DNA of 64,000 bases, taken from the NCBI GenBank assembly GCA_018063165.1, contig JAGOQU010000002.1, positions 77,471 to 141,470 on the forward strand. The letters are read 5' to 3'. The notes beneath the pieces were generated by a model. It ran no database searches. It saw nothing but the letters and a program-made list of their open reading frames with translations, and was not told the origin of the DNA. The translations under genes were made by a program, and so were the position numbers. Origin of the DNA: Minisyncoccota bacterium. GTDB lineage: Bacteria > Patescibacteriota > Minisyncoccia > Phycocordibacterales > UBA5272. The first letter of the stretch is position 1. Every line of letters starts with the position of its first letter. This document shows positions 48,176 to 57,187 of this stretch, one piece after another.

Positions 48176-48523
48176 TTACGCTTTAACGTGGTTTACGATA
48201 CGTGTAAAAGTTTCTGGGTGTTCTGCTGCAATTTCTGTAAGCATTTTACGATTGATCGACATATTCTTTTTTGCAAGTTTTCCAATGAAAACAGAGTAAG
48301 TAATATCAAGAGCGCGTAGTCCTGCATTAAGACGTGTTGTCCAAAGGCGACGCATATCAGTCTTCTTATCTTTTCTGTGAGCAAAAGCATGAGCTCCAGC
48401 GTGACGTAATGCAACTTTTGCTTCTACTTCTTTCTTACTGCGTCCAAAACGAAAACCTTTGGCTTGTTTTAGGACATTGCGACGATGCTTCATCGCCATT
48501 GTGCTTCTTTTTACGCGTGACAT
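48176..48523 (-). CDS. rplT: 50S ribosomal protein L20
   Basis: MSRVKRSTMAMKHRRNVLKQAKGFRFGRSK is the L20 N-terminal signature. Confidence 0.85.
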   Translation of the reverse strand: MSRVKRSTMAMKHRRNVLKQAKGFRFGRSKKEVEAKVALRHAGAHAFAHRKDKKTDMRRLWTTRLNAGLRALDITYSVFIGKLAKKNMSINRKMLTEIAAEHPETFTRIVNHVKA

Positions 48524-48560
48524 AGTGGTTGATTAAATAAAATAAATGAGTCTAAAAGGT

Positions 48561-48749
48561 TTAGAACATACCAGGGAGGAAACGTGACTTTTCTTTTCCT
48601 GTCATAGCAAAATCTTGTGCACGTTTACCAGCTAATTGCTTACTTCGTGATGCTTTTGCATTGAAGTGGTTGAGTCCTGGTTTACGAGCGAGGATTTTAC
48701 CGTTTTTTGTGACCTTGAGTCTTTTCAAGAATGATTTGTTTGTCTTCAT
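48561..48749 (-). CDS. rpmI: 50S ribosomal protein L35
   Basis: MKTNKSFLKRLKVTKNGKILARKPGLNHFNAKASRSKQ is L35-like. An internal start was used, and the gene sits between infC and rplT. Confidence 0.7.
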   Translation of the reverse strand: MKTNKSFLKRLKVTKNGKILARKPGLNHFNAKASRSKQLAGKRAQDFAMTGKEKSRFLPGMF

Positions 48750-48953
48750 ACGTTTTTCTAAATTATGTTCTTTCCTTTCAGATAGTCGGGTTATTCTATC
48801 ATAGATATTCAATTTTATCAAGCCTGAATATCAGTTTGTAGTCGATGGACTATAGCTGATAGCTCTTAATGTGAGCATAGTCTTTATAGAATTGATTTTT
48901 CTGAATTTAATTAAGCTATTTGCTATAGACTATTAACTATTGTCTGAATCTTG

Positions 48954-49466
48954 CTATTTTGCTTTTTCGAGTACAACCATCATAGATTTTGGTATTTTTT
49001 TGAGAGGTTCTGCGATTTTGTAGTCAGCGGGGACAATAGCCAAAATACGGTTCATTCTTTCACGAAGAAACTTCTCATCCATGTATTTTGTTCGTCCTTT
49101 TAGCTGAAGATCTATCTTTACTCGATGACCTTCGTTGATCCATTCAGCTGTTTTTTTAGCTTTCATCATAAGATCATTGTCACTAATAGACACACTTATC
49201 TGTACTGTTTTTGTTTCGGTGACATGTGCCTTTGCCTTTACTTCCTTTAATTTTTTTGAAGTTTCGTAGGTGTATTTTCCATAATCTGCTATACGAGCAA
49301 CAGGTGGGTCAGCATGTGGAGATACTTCTATTAGATCAAGTCCTACATTTTTAGCTTGAAGAAGAGCTTCTTCTTTTGTAAGAACACCTAAATTATCTCC
49401 GTTGTGTCCAATGACACGAAGTTTAGGTGCACGTATATTGTTATTGATGTTTACTTTTTCTGCCAA
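48954..49466 (-). CDS. infC: translation initiation factor IF-3
   Basis: NIRAPKLRVIG ... GLDLIEVSPHADPPVARIADYGKYTYE is highly similar to bacterial IF3. The true start codon may be a non-ATG. Confidence 0.8.
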   Translation of the reverse strand: MAEKVNINNNIRAPKLRVIGHNGDNLGVLTKEEALLQAKNVGLDLIEVSPHADPPVARIADYGKYTYETSKKLKEVKAKAHVTETKTVQISVSISDNDLMMKAKKTAEWINEGHRVKIDLQLKGRTKYMDEKFLRERMNRILAIVPADYKIAEPLKKIPKSMMVVLEKAK

Positions 49467-49572
49467 AGCGTTATATGAATACTATTATAGCACGAAATTA
49501 GAGAAAAGGGAATGATTTTGTGATAGACTTAGATTGCTATAAACAATAATTAGTAATAACAATATAAAGTAT

Positions 49573-50070
49573 ATGTCTCTTCTTTTTTTTATTGCATCTA
49601 CACCGCATCTTTTTTTTATTGCATCTATACTACATCTTTTTCTACCAATTGTAATTTATTTTCGTACTTTACCTAGCTTGAAGAGAGATTATCTGGAAGG
49701 GAAAAATACTCTTAAGGTTTCCATTTCAAAACTTAATACTATTTTTTTGATTCCACTTTTTATTGGTATTGCTTTTGTTCTCGTTTCTAGTTTTCTGGTG
49801 CACAAACTTAATATTATTAATGATAATGCTATGGCGATTGGATTTATAAGTATCTATTTAATAATTTCAACTTTCACTCTTTTACCAATTGTTTCGACAA
49901 TCTTAACGGTTATTGCTTATTTCAAGTTAAAGGAGTTTAAGGAGAATGGTGGAGTAGATGGCAAATTTTCAAGTGCGCTTAATATGTTTACACGATACTT
50001 CTTTTATTTTATTTTGTTACTAATTGTTTCAATTTGTATTGCCTTTTTAATAGCAAGTCAACTCAATTAA
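49573..50070 (+). CDS. hypothetical polytopic membrane protein
   Basis: 165 aa, about 4 transmembrane segments. Its 5' end contains a 30 bp tandem duplication. Confidence 0.4.
   Translation: MSLLFFIASTPHLFFIASILHLFLPIVIYFRTLPSLKRDYLEGKNTLKVSISKLNTIFLIPLFIGIAFVLVSSFLVHKLNIINDNAMAIGFISIYLIISTFTLLPIVSTILTVIAYFKLKEFKENGGVDGKFSSALNMFTRYFFYFILLLIVSICIAFLIASQLN
49583..49640 (+). repeat. about 30 bp tandem direct repeat (2 copies) at the 5' end of the CDS
   Basis: TTTTTTTTATTGCATCTACACCGCATC and TTTTTTTTATTGCATCTATACTACATC, encoding LFFIASTPH and LFFIASILH. Confidence 0.6.
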
Positions 50071-50152
50071 TTTAGTAATAAAAAGAAAGAACGATGGCAT
50101 GCTCATTTCATTTAAAGTGGAAGGTTGGTACATTGAAATGTGAGTAGAAATT

Positions 50153-50235
50153 CGGGCACATGCTTGACCAGAATTTGAGAAGTTAAAAATACTTTCGGAG
50201 TGTAGTATTGGGTTTAGTGAGTGGTTGAAGAGGGG
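50153..50235 (+). repeat. copy A of an approximately 83 bp dispersed repeat
   Basis: About 85 percent identical to 51912..51993. Shared core CGGGCACA...CCAGAATTTGAGAAGTTAAA...ATTGGGTTTAGTGA.TGGTTGAA. Confidence 0.6.
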
Positions 50236-50247
50236 TATAAAGTTCAA

Positions 50248-51405
50248 TTAGAGACCGTTTCTTTGTTTGGATGTATGTAATAATGCCCCATTCTTTAATA
50301 TATCAGCAATTTTTTGAGCTTTATCTAGAGGTTGTCCAGGAATTAAAATTCCATTAAATAAGAAACCGCCTTGCCCTGTTTGTGCTTGCTGTGAAGCATT
50401 TGTTATTTTCACATTAGAAATTCCTAGTACTCTATCAATGATACCTTGCTCAATCGTAACATCTTGAATCGTGTTGTAAGGTGCATGTTTTTCTTGTCTA
50501 GAAATAATACCAGATTTGAGATATATATATTCTGGTGTAAATTTAAAAGAGAATGTTTTTTTCCAAAAAAAGGTGTAAATATTTTTAAATATAAAAAGAA
50601 TAAAGAAAATAAGAGAAATAATCAAAGTGTTTACTTGTATTTGAAATTTGTTCGCAACAGAGAATGAGCTTTCTCCTGTAGAAAAAAGAACATAACATAC
50701 GAGTAGTGTGTAAAAAAAACTCCACATGATACTACCTAACATTCTTGCGATTATCCAATTACCAGAAATTGGATACGTTTTTATTGAAACTTCTTCATTA
50801 ATATTAAAGGTTTCTGATTTATTTTTTGTTTGTTCATTTGATGTTGTTGAAGATTTATTCATTTCCAATGAGTAGTAGTTGTTACTCCTTTCTTTTATTT
50901 TTTGTAAAAATGTATTTTTTAAACGTTCTGCTGTTTCTGCATCAACTCCATCAATATGTGCCTCGATTCCAGAATTGGCGGTTGCACTTGCAATGTGAAC
51001 ATCATATAACCCAATAACCCTGTCTATAATATCTTGATCAACATATACATCTTGAATTTTTTGATATTGTACATGTATTTCTGTTGGAGAAAAAATACCT
51101 TTTTTAATTGTAATAAAATCAGAGTCCGTATCATAGAAATAATATTTTATATAAGCTTTTATGTAAATAGCTTCGAAAATCATTAGTGAAATGAACATAG
51201 TTAAGTAAATAGAGATTCCTACAGTAACTAAAGATTCTGAACTATTTAATTGAGTATTACTTAATATGTAAACAACAAAAATAATTAAAGAAAGAAATGC
51301 TGAAAGTAGACTAATTGAAACAGCTTCTTCAAGAAACTTCTTCCAGAATTTTCTTGGATTAAGTGGGTTGTTAATCTGAAAGTTGCTTTTAATTGAGTTT
51401 GACAT
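50248..51405 (-). CDS. membrane protein with two bacterial PH (bPH_2/DUF304, YdbS/YdbT-like) domains
   Basis: Two repeats of the pattern KKGIFSPTEIHVQYQKIQDVYVDQDIIDRVIGLYDVHI and KSGIISRQEKHAPYNTIQDVTIEQGIIDRVLGISNVKI, each following transmembrane helices. Confidence 0.55.
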   Translation of the reverse strand: MSNSIKSNFQINNPLNPRKFWKKFLEEAVSISLLSAFLSLIIFVVYILSNTQLNSSESLVTVGISIYLTMFISLMIFEAIYIKAYIKYYFYDTDSDFITIKKGIFSPTEIHVQYQKIQDVYVDQDIIDRVIGLYDVHIASATANSGIEAHIDGVDAETAERLKNTFLQKIKERSNNYYSLEMNKSSTTSNEQTKNKSETFNINEEVSIKTYPISGNWIIARMLGSIMWSFFYTLLVCYVLFSTGESSFSVANKFQIQVNTLIISLIFFILFIFKNIYTFFWKKTFSFKFTPEYIYLKSGIISRQEKHAPYNTIQDVTIEQGIIDRVLGISNVKITNASQQAQTGQGGFLFNGILIPGQPLDKAQKIADILKNGALLHTSKQRNGL

Positions 51406-51850
51406 ATTAATGCTAAATTATTATATATTAGTAATAATTGTACCATGTTTCCCTAGTCTTATTCTAAGTTATTAAATTTTGTAAATAGGTTAGTAAAACT
51501 AAAATTCAACAGGAAAAGTTTATTTTAGTTGTTTTTAAAATAAAATATAAGCAGTGTGTACACATTATGGACACCCAATCCAAATTACAACTCGAAAAAC
51601 TTTATTGTTTAGCTATTTTTGCTACAAATACGACTAACTTTTATAATACGATAAAGGTGGGCTTCATCGGTCACCGCTACGGATCGCTTTGAAAAGCTTT
51701 GCTTTCCTCATCTCGGCACGTAGCCTCGACCCCGAGAAAAACCGACAAAATTATTTCTAAAAACACTGAACCCAGTTTTTGGAAATAATTGTGTAGACGG
51801 TTTTTCGTTTGATTCCGACATAAGTCAGTTTGAAATGACTTATTCCCATC

Positions 51851-51907
51851 TCTACAGAAATAAATTAAACCGCATCAATTGATGCGGTTTAATTATTTCT
51901 GTGGAGA
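51851..51907. repeat. long imperfect inverted repeat with perfect 24 bp palindromic core
   Basis: TCTACAGAAATAAATTAAACCGCATCAATTGATGCGGTTTAATTATTTCTGTGGAGA. The core AAACCGCATCAATTGATGCGGTTT is a perfect palindrome. Confidence 0.6.
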
Positions 51908-51911
51908 TAAA

Positions 51912-51993
51912 CGGGCACACGTCGAACCAGAATTTGAGAAGTTAAAGATAGTATCAGAGTATATTATTGGGTTTAGTGATTGGTTGAAAAAAG
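51912..51993 (+). repeat. copy B of the approximately 83 bp dispersed repeat
   Basis: See copy A. Both copies lie just 3' of minus-strand genes, at 50248 and 52017. Confidence 0.6.
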
Positions 51994-52016
51994 AAAATAT
52001 CCTTAAATAATTAACT

Positions 52017-52994
52017 TTATTTAATTCTAATCATCCTTCCGTTTCCTGGAATTGGATTTCCTTCTTTATCTTTTAAGGTGCCCCACTCATCCCATTTGTT
52101 TGCAATTTCTGGTGGAATTAATTTCGCCCATTTTTTCCAATCTTTATCACCATCAGGGGTTACTACATAGACACGTTTAAGCTCATCTGCTTCCCAGCCA
52201 TTCTTTTTAACAAGATTTCCTGTATGTCCTTTCTTTCCATTGATTTTATTTAAAATCATTAATGTTTTATCCCAACGTTTAACATCTACATTTTTTAGAA
52301 AACGTGCCAACTGACCGCCTTGCATAAAAGGTACATTTTCAAACGAATTTAAATTTTTCCAAATAGTTTCCTTTGCTTCTGAAATAGTTAAACCACTTAG
52401 CCCCTTCACACTGTTTTGAAGTTGTATCCCAACAGATTGAGTCATTTTGTCATTTAAAAATTCATCCACAGTGTTATAGCTAAGAGCTAAAGAAAACCAA
52501 CACAAAAGATTATCTTTTCTATACGTATCTTCATTTTGATTTTCAGCAAGAATATCTGTATCATAACTATATTCAGTATCCCTCTTTTCGACCTTAACAG
52601 AAACAAATGTTGGCAGTCCTCCAATTTTGGAATTGTACCCTACAGCATTTTTTAAATAATTAATCATACCAGCACCAGAATCAGCAACAAAAACACCAGC
52701 ACCATCGGGGGTATTATCATTACCAATATTTTTTATATCGAGTTTTTCTTTTGGTTTTAGACCGTTAGCAAGAATACTATCAATAATTCCCCCTCCTTCT
52801 CCAGTTAAAGTTCCATGCCAGTAATATTCGGCTTTCGGCATTCTTTCTAAGTTAATCTGAGGAGTTTCGATGTTTTTAGTTTCAGGTGATTCGACGAGGT
52901 ATTTTTCATCCTGTTCTTTAGGGGAGAGCTTTTGTGCTTGTTTTTTATCCCTAGTTTCTGTTTTATTTTCTGGTAATGATTCTAGTGTTGTCAT
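52017..52994 (-). CDS. PARP/Tpt1 (KptA)-fold ADP-ribosyltransferase-like protein
   Basis: YYWHGTLTGEGGGIIDSILANGLKPKE and GAGVFVADSGAGMINY align to the PARP catalytic signature (LLWHGS..N..GIL..GL and G.GIYFAD...S..Y). They also align to Tpt1/KptA (LYHGT ... GL ... HYVHLSAD). A low-complexity N-terminus and about 150 aa of C-terminal extension of unknown function. Confidence 0.45.
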   Translation of the reverse strand: MTTLESLPENKTETRDKKQAQKLSPKEQDEKYLVESPETKNIETPQINLERMPKAEYYWHGTLTGEGGGIIDSILANGLKPKEKLDIKNIGNDNTPDGAGVFVADSGAGMINYLKNAVGYNSKIGGLPTFVSVKVEKRDTEYSYDTDILAENQNEDTYRKDNLLCWFSLALSYNTVDEFLNDKMTQSVGIQLQNSVKGLSGLTISEAKETIWKNLNSFENVPFMQGGQLARFLKNVDVKRWDKTLMILNKINGKKGHTGNLVKKNGWEADELKRVYVVTPDGDKDWKKWAKLIPPEIANKWDEWGTLKDKEGNPIPGNGRMIRIK

Positions 52995-53185
52995 ATTGAA
53001 TAGTATAACTCTTTTTTTAGAAATAAATAGTTGGAGGAATCGGTCACAAAACTACCTCGCTTTGCTCGAAGTAGTTTCCCGACCCGTATTCGATTCCGCC
53101 GAAAGCCAAGCAGTTGGCTTTCTCCTTTTCCTCACTGAAATATAAAAATACCCCTAGGGTTACCTAAGGGTATTTTTATATTTAG

Positions 53186-53575
53186 TGGAGGTGGGCGGAA
53201 TCGAACCCCCGTGTACTAAGGTATGATGCATGGGTCTACTGTACGTAGTTTGCTTATATGTGTTCGCATGCATTATAGAAAACAAACGAAAACAATGAAT
53301 GTATAGCATGAATTATTTCAATAGTAATGCTATGCAACATTACAATCTACTTCCACTGTTATATTGCCCAGACTTTTTCCGTGGTTACGAAAAAGAAGGA
53401 CACCCGGTCGGCCAGTATTTAGGCGAACGCAGGAACTAGACCAAACGCGTATGGCGATGGAATAGCCTTACCAGTTGTTTTTGCAACATGGGCGCTCTAA
53501 CGTTAACGAGTGCTAGAGCAGTCTCGGTACAGCGCATACAACATATTCTTAGTGTCAAAGCCAAAGATCACCCCC
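53186..53575 (-). ncRNA. ssrA: tmRNA (ssrA)
   Basis: Minus-strand 5' end GGGGGUGAUCUUUGGCUUUGACAC resembles tmRNA 5' ends (GGGGCUGAUUCUGGAUUCGAC). The 3' end has a T-arm GGGGGUUCGAUUCCGCC and acceptor CACCUCC pairing with the 5' GGGGGUG, then A/CUA. An internal ORF begins at a GCA resume-like codon and encodes AKTTGKAIPSPYAFGLVPAFA followed by stop. smpB is adjacent. Confidence 0.7.
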
Positions 53576-53655
53576 CGTGTGGCACAGCAAATAGTTACTA
53601 GTTCAGAAGTCGATAGTTTAGAATTCTATTCTAGCTATCGATTATTAGTTGTGGT

Positions 53656-54090
53656 CTATTTGCTTTCACGTAGTTCTCTACGTGCTATATCTTTTTTGAT
53701 ATCTTCTCGTTTATCTCGAGAATCTTTTTTCTTGCACACTGCAACATCACATTTGATGAGGCCATGTGCATCGTACAATGAATTAGGAGCAAGTGTCAAG
53801 GTTTTTGATTGTTCTTTTTGAAAAAGTTCTGTGATCTCTGATTTTTTAAGGAGTAATTTTCGTGTTCTGTAAGCATCATATGATTTTGGAGTATTAGATG
53901 CTTGATAGGGTGGAATGTACACACCAACCAAAAAAGCTTCACCACCGCGAATAAGAACCTTTGCTCCGTCTAGTGACCCTTGTTTTTTTCTGAGTGCTTT
54001 TACTTCAAAACCAAAAAGCTCAATACCTGCTTGATATGACTCTTGTATTACATGTGTAAGGTGAAGTTTTTTACTTTCTATTAATTTCAT
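53656..54090 (-). CDS. smpB: SsrA-binding protein SmpB
   Basis: EVKALRKKQGSLDGAKVLIRGGEAFLVGVYIPPY ... YRTRKLLLKKSEI matches SmpB (GTEVKSLR ... ISPY ... RTRKLLL). Confidence 0.85.
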   Translation of the reverse strand: MKLIESKKLHLTHVIQESYQAGIELFGFEVKALRKKQGSLDGAKVLIRGGEAFLVGVYIPPYQASNTPKSYDAYRTRKLLLKKSEITELFQKEQSKTLTLAPNSLYDAHGLIKCDVAVCKKKDSRDKREDIKKDIARRELRESK

Positions 54091-54183
54091 TTCTGTTATT
54101 TTAACACACTATTAGATTTGTTTATTGTTTTAGTTTGTCGTAGAGTATGTAAAGAAGTTCTTACATTAAAAGGAGAAATAGGT

Positions 54184-54522
54184 ATGGCAGATAAAAAAAT
54201 ACCAAAAGCTGTTAAACGCTGGAGAAGAGATAGAAATATAAGACGACTTGAAAGAGATTTCAAGGAGTTGTGGTCTATTCTCAAAGGAAAAAATATACGA
54301 GAAAAAACTACTATTTTTACGGAAGATGAAAAGAAAAAATATTTTTTTAAAAAAGATGCAATTGGAACGATTACGTGTCCTCTATGTGGAAAAGTAACTT
54401 TTGTAGCTAATCCAAATGGTATACATGGTGACGCTTTGTATGATTATATTATGCGCCATAATGCAAAAAAAACTTTATGTAGCGCATCTCTGATGCCTGT
54501 TAAAAACTTTTTTGATGATTAG
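54184..54522 (+). CDS. hypothetical small zinc-ribbon-like protein
   Basis: Internal ATG preceded by AAAGGAGAAATAGGT. CPLCG ... H ... C motif and a basic N-terminus. Confidence 0.35.
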   Translation: MADKKIPKAVKRWRRDRNIRRLERDFKELWSILKGKNIREKTTIFTEDEKKKYFFKKDAIGTITCPLCGKVTFVANPNGIHGDALYDYIMRHNAKKTLCSASLMPVKNFFDD

Positions 54523-54694
54523 ATTAAGTTAGTGTACAGAAGTGACAAAATCATAAAAGTGTATATTCTCATGTGTTCTTTATTATTATGTTTTGCTCTT
54601 AATTCAAAAAAGTGTGTCATATAAAAACTAGTCTTTAGGGCTAGTTTTTTCTTTGGGTAACTTTTCTTCTAATCTGTTATAATAGTCGAATATT

Positions 54695-56602
54695 ATGAAA
54701 AAGATGAACATGCCAAAAATTAAAAATGTTATAAAAGATGGTCAAGAAAAAATAACGACAGGAAAAAAAGTACAAGGGTTTTCTCAACAACTCTTAGGTA
54801 CTTTTATTATTTTTATGGTTCTTGTGTGGGGATATTCTGTTATTTCTGAAAAGAAATCTACACCAACTGTACCACTTTCAGAATTTGCCACTCTTGTTAA
54901 CGGACAACAAATAGTTTCTATCACAGTAGAAGGTGACGCACTCACCGGAGAAAAAGCAGACAAAACAAAAGTAATAAGTAAAAAAGAATCTGGTTCATCT
55001 GTGCTTGAAACATTAAAGATATACGGTGTTAGTTCTTCAACATTAGCAACCACAACAATACTTGTGTCTTCAGAAAAAGGTCTTTCTTTTTGGGGGTCAC
55101 TTATTCCAATTATACTTCCAATCCTTTTCTTAGGATTTATGATTTGGTGGCTTGCTCGAGGTATCAAAGGTGCAAATGTACAAGCTATGTCTTTTGGACA
55201 GTCACGTGCAAAAATTATTTACCCAGATGATACAAAAGAAAAAATTACTTTCAAAGATGTTGCTGGTGCAAAAGAAGCAAAAGAGGAGCTTGCTGAGATA
55301 GTAGAATTTCTTCGAGCCCCAAAAAAGTTTACAGATATTGGAGCAGAGATTCCAAAAGGTGTTCTTCTTATGGGGGCGCCAGGTACTGGTAAGACTATGC
55401 TCGCTCGTGCTGTAGCAGGGGAGGCTGGTGTGCCATTCTTTCATCTTTCTGGTTCTGAATTTGAAGAAATGTTTGTCGGTGTTGGTGCTTCACGCGTGCG
55501 TGATCTTTTTGATATGGCAAAAAAAGAAGCTCCTGCTATTATTTTTATTGATGAAATAGACGCTGTCGGACGTGCTCGTGGTTCATCTATTAGTGGTCAA
55601 GGAGAAGGTAGGGAGCAAACACTTAATCAGATTCTTGTGGAAATGGACGGTTTTGAACCAACTATGAATCTTATTGTCATGGCTGCAACCAATAGACCAG
55701 ATGTTCTTGATCAAGCACTTCTTCGTCCAGGAAGATTTGATCGTCGTGTCACACTTGACCTTCCTGACAGAGAAGACAGAGAAGCGATACTTTCAGTACA
55801 TGTAAAATTAAAACCACTCGCAGAAGATGTTAATTTAAAAATAATTGCAGAGCGTACACCTGGTTTTTCTGGTGCCGATCTGTATTCTCTTATGAATGAA
55901 GGTGCAATACTCGCTGCTCGTGAAGAAAGAAAGAAAGTGGCACAATTTGACCTTATCCGTTCAATAGAAAAAGTGATGCTCGGACCAGAAAGAAAGAGTC
56001 ATGTGCTTTCTCCACGTGAAAAGAAAATAACAGCGTATCATGAAGCGGGACACGCTCTTGTTGCGTCATGTTTGCCAGACGCTGATCCTGTGCATAAGAT
56101 TTCTATTATCGCAAGAGGGAATGCAGGAGGATATACTCTCAAACTTCCTTTTGACGAGAGACGTCTTATGAGTCGTGCATCATTTTTAGATGATATCGCT
56201 ATGTCTCTTGGTGGATATGTTGCAGAAAAAGAAATATTTGGTGACATAACAACAGGACCATCTAACGATCTTCAAGTCGCTACCGCTATGGCACGAGCTA
56301 TGGTGACTAAGTATGGTATGAGTACACTCGGCCCTATAGCACTTTCATCACCACAAGAAGAAAGAAGTATTTTTTCAAGTAAAGAATATAGTGAAACAAT
56401 GGGCACAAAGATAGATGATGAAGTGAAGCGTATCATGGATGAAGCATGGGCTCGTGCTCGGAAAATTATTCTTGATAAACGTGAGGCACTCACTGCAATT
56501 GCAGATGAGCTTATGACTGTTGAAAATATAGAACGCGAAGCATTTGAGAGATTACTCATATTGCACGGAATTACACCTAAGAAAAGAGAAGATATTATTT
56601 AA
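54695..56602 (+). CDS. ftsH: ATP-dependent zinc metalloprotease FtsH
   Basis: N-terminal transmembrane helices, AAA module ([37 protein letters not shown]) and the HEAGHAL zinc-binding motif. Confidence 0.9.
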   Translation: MKKMNMPKIKNVIKDGQEKITTGKKVQGFSQQLLGTFIIFMVLVWGYSVISEKKSTPTVPLSEFATLVNGQQIVSITVEGDALTGEKADKTKVISKKESGSSVLETLKIYGVSSSTLATTTILVSSEKGLSFWGSLIPIILPILFLGFMIWWLARGIKGANVQAMSFGQSRAKIIYPDDTKEKITFKDVAGAKEAKEELAEIVEFLRAPKKFTDIGAEIPKGVLLMGAPGTGKTMLARAVAGEAGVPFFHLSGSEFEEMFVGVGASRVRDLFDMAKKEAPAIIFIDEIDAVGRARGSSISGQGEGREQTLNQILVEMDGFEPTMNLIVMAATNRPDVLDQALLRPGRFDRRVTLDLPDREDREAILSVHVKLKPLAEDVNLKIIAERTPGFSGADLYSLMNEGAILAAREERKKVAQFDLIRSIEKVMLGPERKSHVLSPREKKITAYHEAGHALVASCLPDADPVHKISIIARGNAGGYTLKLPFDERRLMSRASFLDDIAMSLGGYVAEKEIFGDITTGPSNDLQVATAMARAMVTKYGMSTLGPIALSSPQEERSIFSSKEYSETMGTKIDDEVKRIMDEAWARARKIILDKREALTAIADELMTVENIEREAFERLLILHGITPKKREDII

Positions 56603-56610
56603 TACTATAA

Positions 56611-56640
56611 AGAAACCACCCAAGAGGGTGGTTTTTTAAA
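56611..56640 (+). terminator. rho-independent terminator after ftsH
   Basis: AAACCACCCAAGAGGGTGGTTTTTTAAA. Confidence 0.7.
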
Positions 56641-56646
56641 TAGATA

Positions 56647-56841
56647 TTATTTTTTGTTTTTTAATCTGTATTCTTCTGCTTTAGATTTTCCTTTTTCTAT
56701 ATTTGACCCAATAGCACCGGTTCTACCTAAGCAAGTATTTTTACTATCACTGAAAGAACAATATCCTTTTTTTATTTGATTGATACAATCTTCTCCACCT
56801 GGAACAAGACGTTCACAGTGGTTTTTTACTTTATCTGCCAT
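56647..56841 (-). CDS. hypothetical small Cys-rich protein
   Basis: 64 aa with five Cys. No motif recognised. Confidence 0.25.
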   Translation of the reverse strand: MADKVKNHCERLVPGGEDCINQIKKGYCSFSDSKNTCLGRTGAIGSNIEKGKSKAEEYRLKNKK

Positions 56842-57000
56842 TACGCACTTCTCCTTATAGTTAGACTTTTTTGAAAGATATTAAATACACCTTTCAAAAT
56901 ATATAGTACTCTTTTAGGCTTTTTTGTAAAGTGCTCACAATATAAAAAGCACACTGTCATTTCATGGTGAATATGATATAGGTATATTTTATATACAAAG

Positions 57001-57073
57001 TGCGCCCACCAGGACTCGAACCTGGGACCAGTCGTGTATAAGACGACGGCTCTACCAACTGAGCTATAGGCGC
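57001..57073 (-). tRNA. tRNA-Ile (anticodon UAU)
   Basis: Manual fold of the minus strand. Acceptor GCGCCUA / UGGGCGC, D-arm GCUC-AGUUGGUA-GAGC, anticodon stem GUCGU / ACGAC with loop CUUAUAC (U33, A37, anticodon UAU), variable loop UGGUC, T-arm CCAGG-UUCGAGU-CCUGG, discriminator A. No encoded CCA. Confidence 0.75.
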
Positions 57074-57187
57074 ACTTTATGTACAAAACTATCTTTTATA
57101 CTTATAAACTATAGCAAAAAATATGAAGTTATTCCAGAGCTTCATTTTTGCTTTGATTATCTTAGCGTTTTTGGTATTCTTCATTAT

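Noticed and set aside
53150-53230. Stand-alone tRNA suggested by GGTTCGATTCC
   Set aside because: The T-arm and acceptor belong to the 3' tRNA-like domain of the tmRNA. No D-arm or anticodon arm is present at tRNA distance.
52870-53821. Plus-strand ORFs 52870..53145 and 53510..53821
   Set aside because: They overlap the PARP-like gene's 5' end region, the tmRNA and smpB on the opposite strand.
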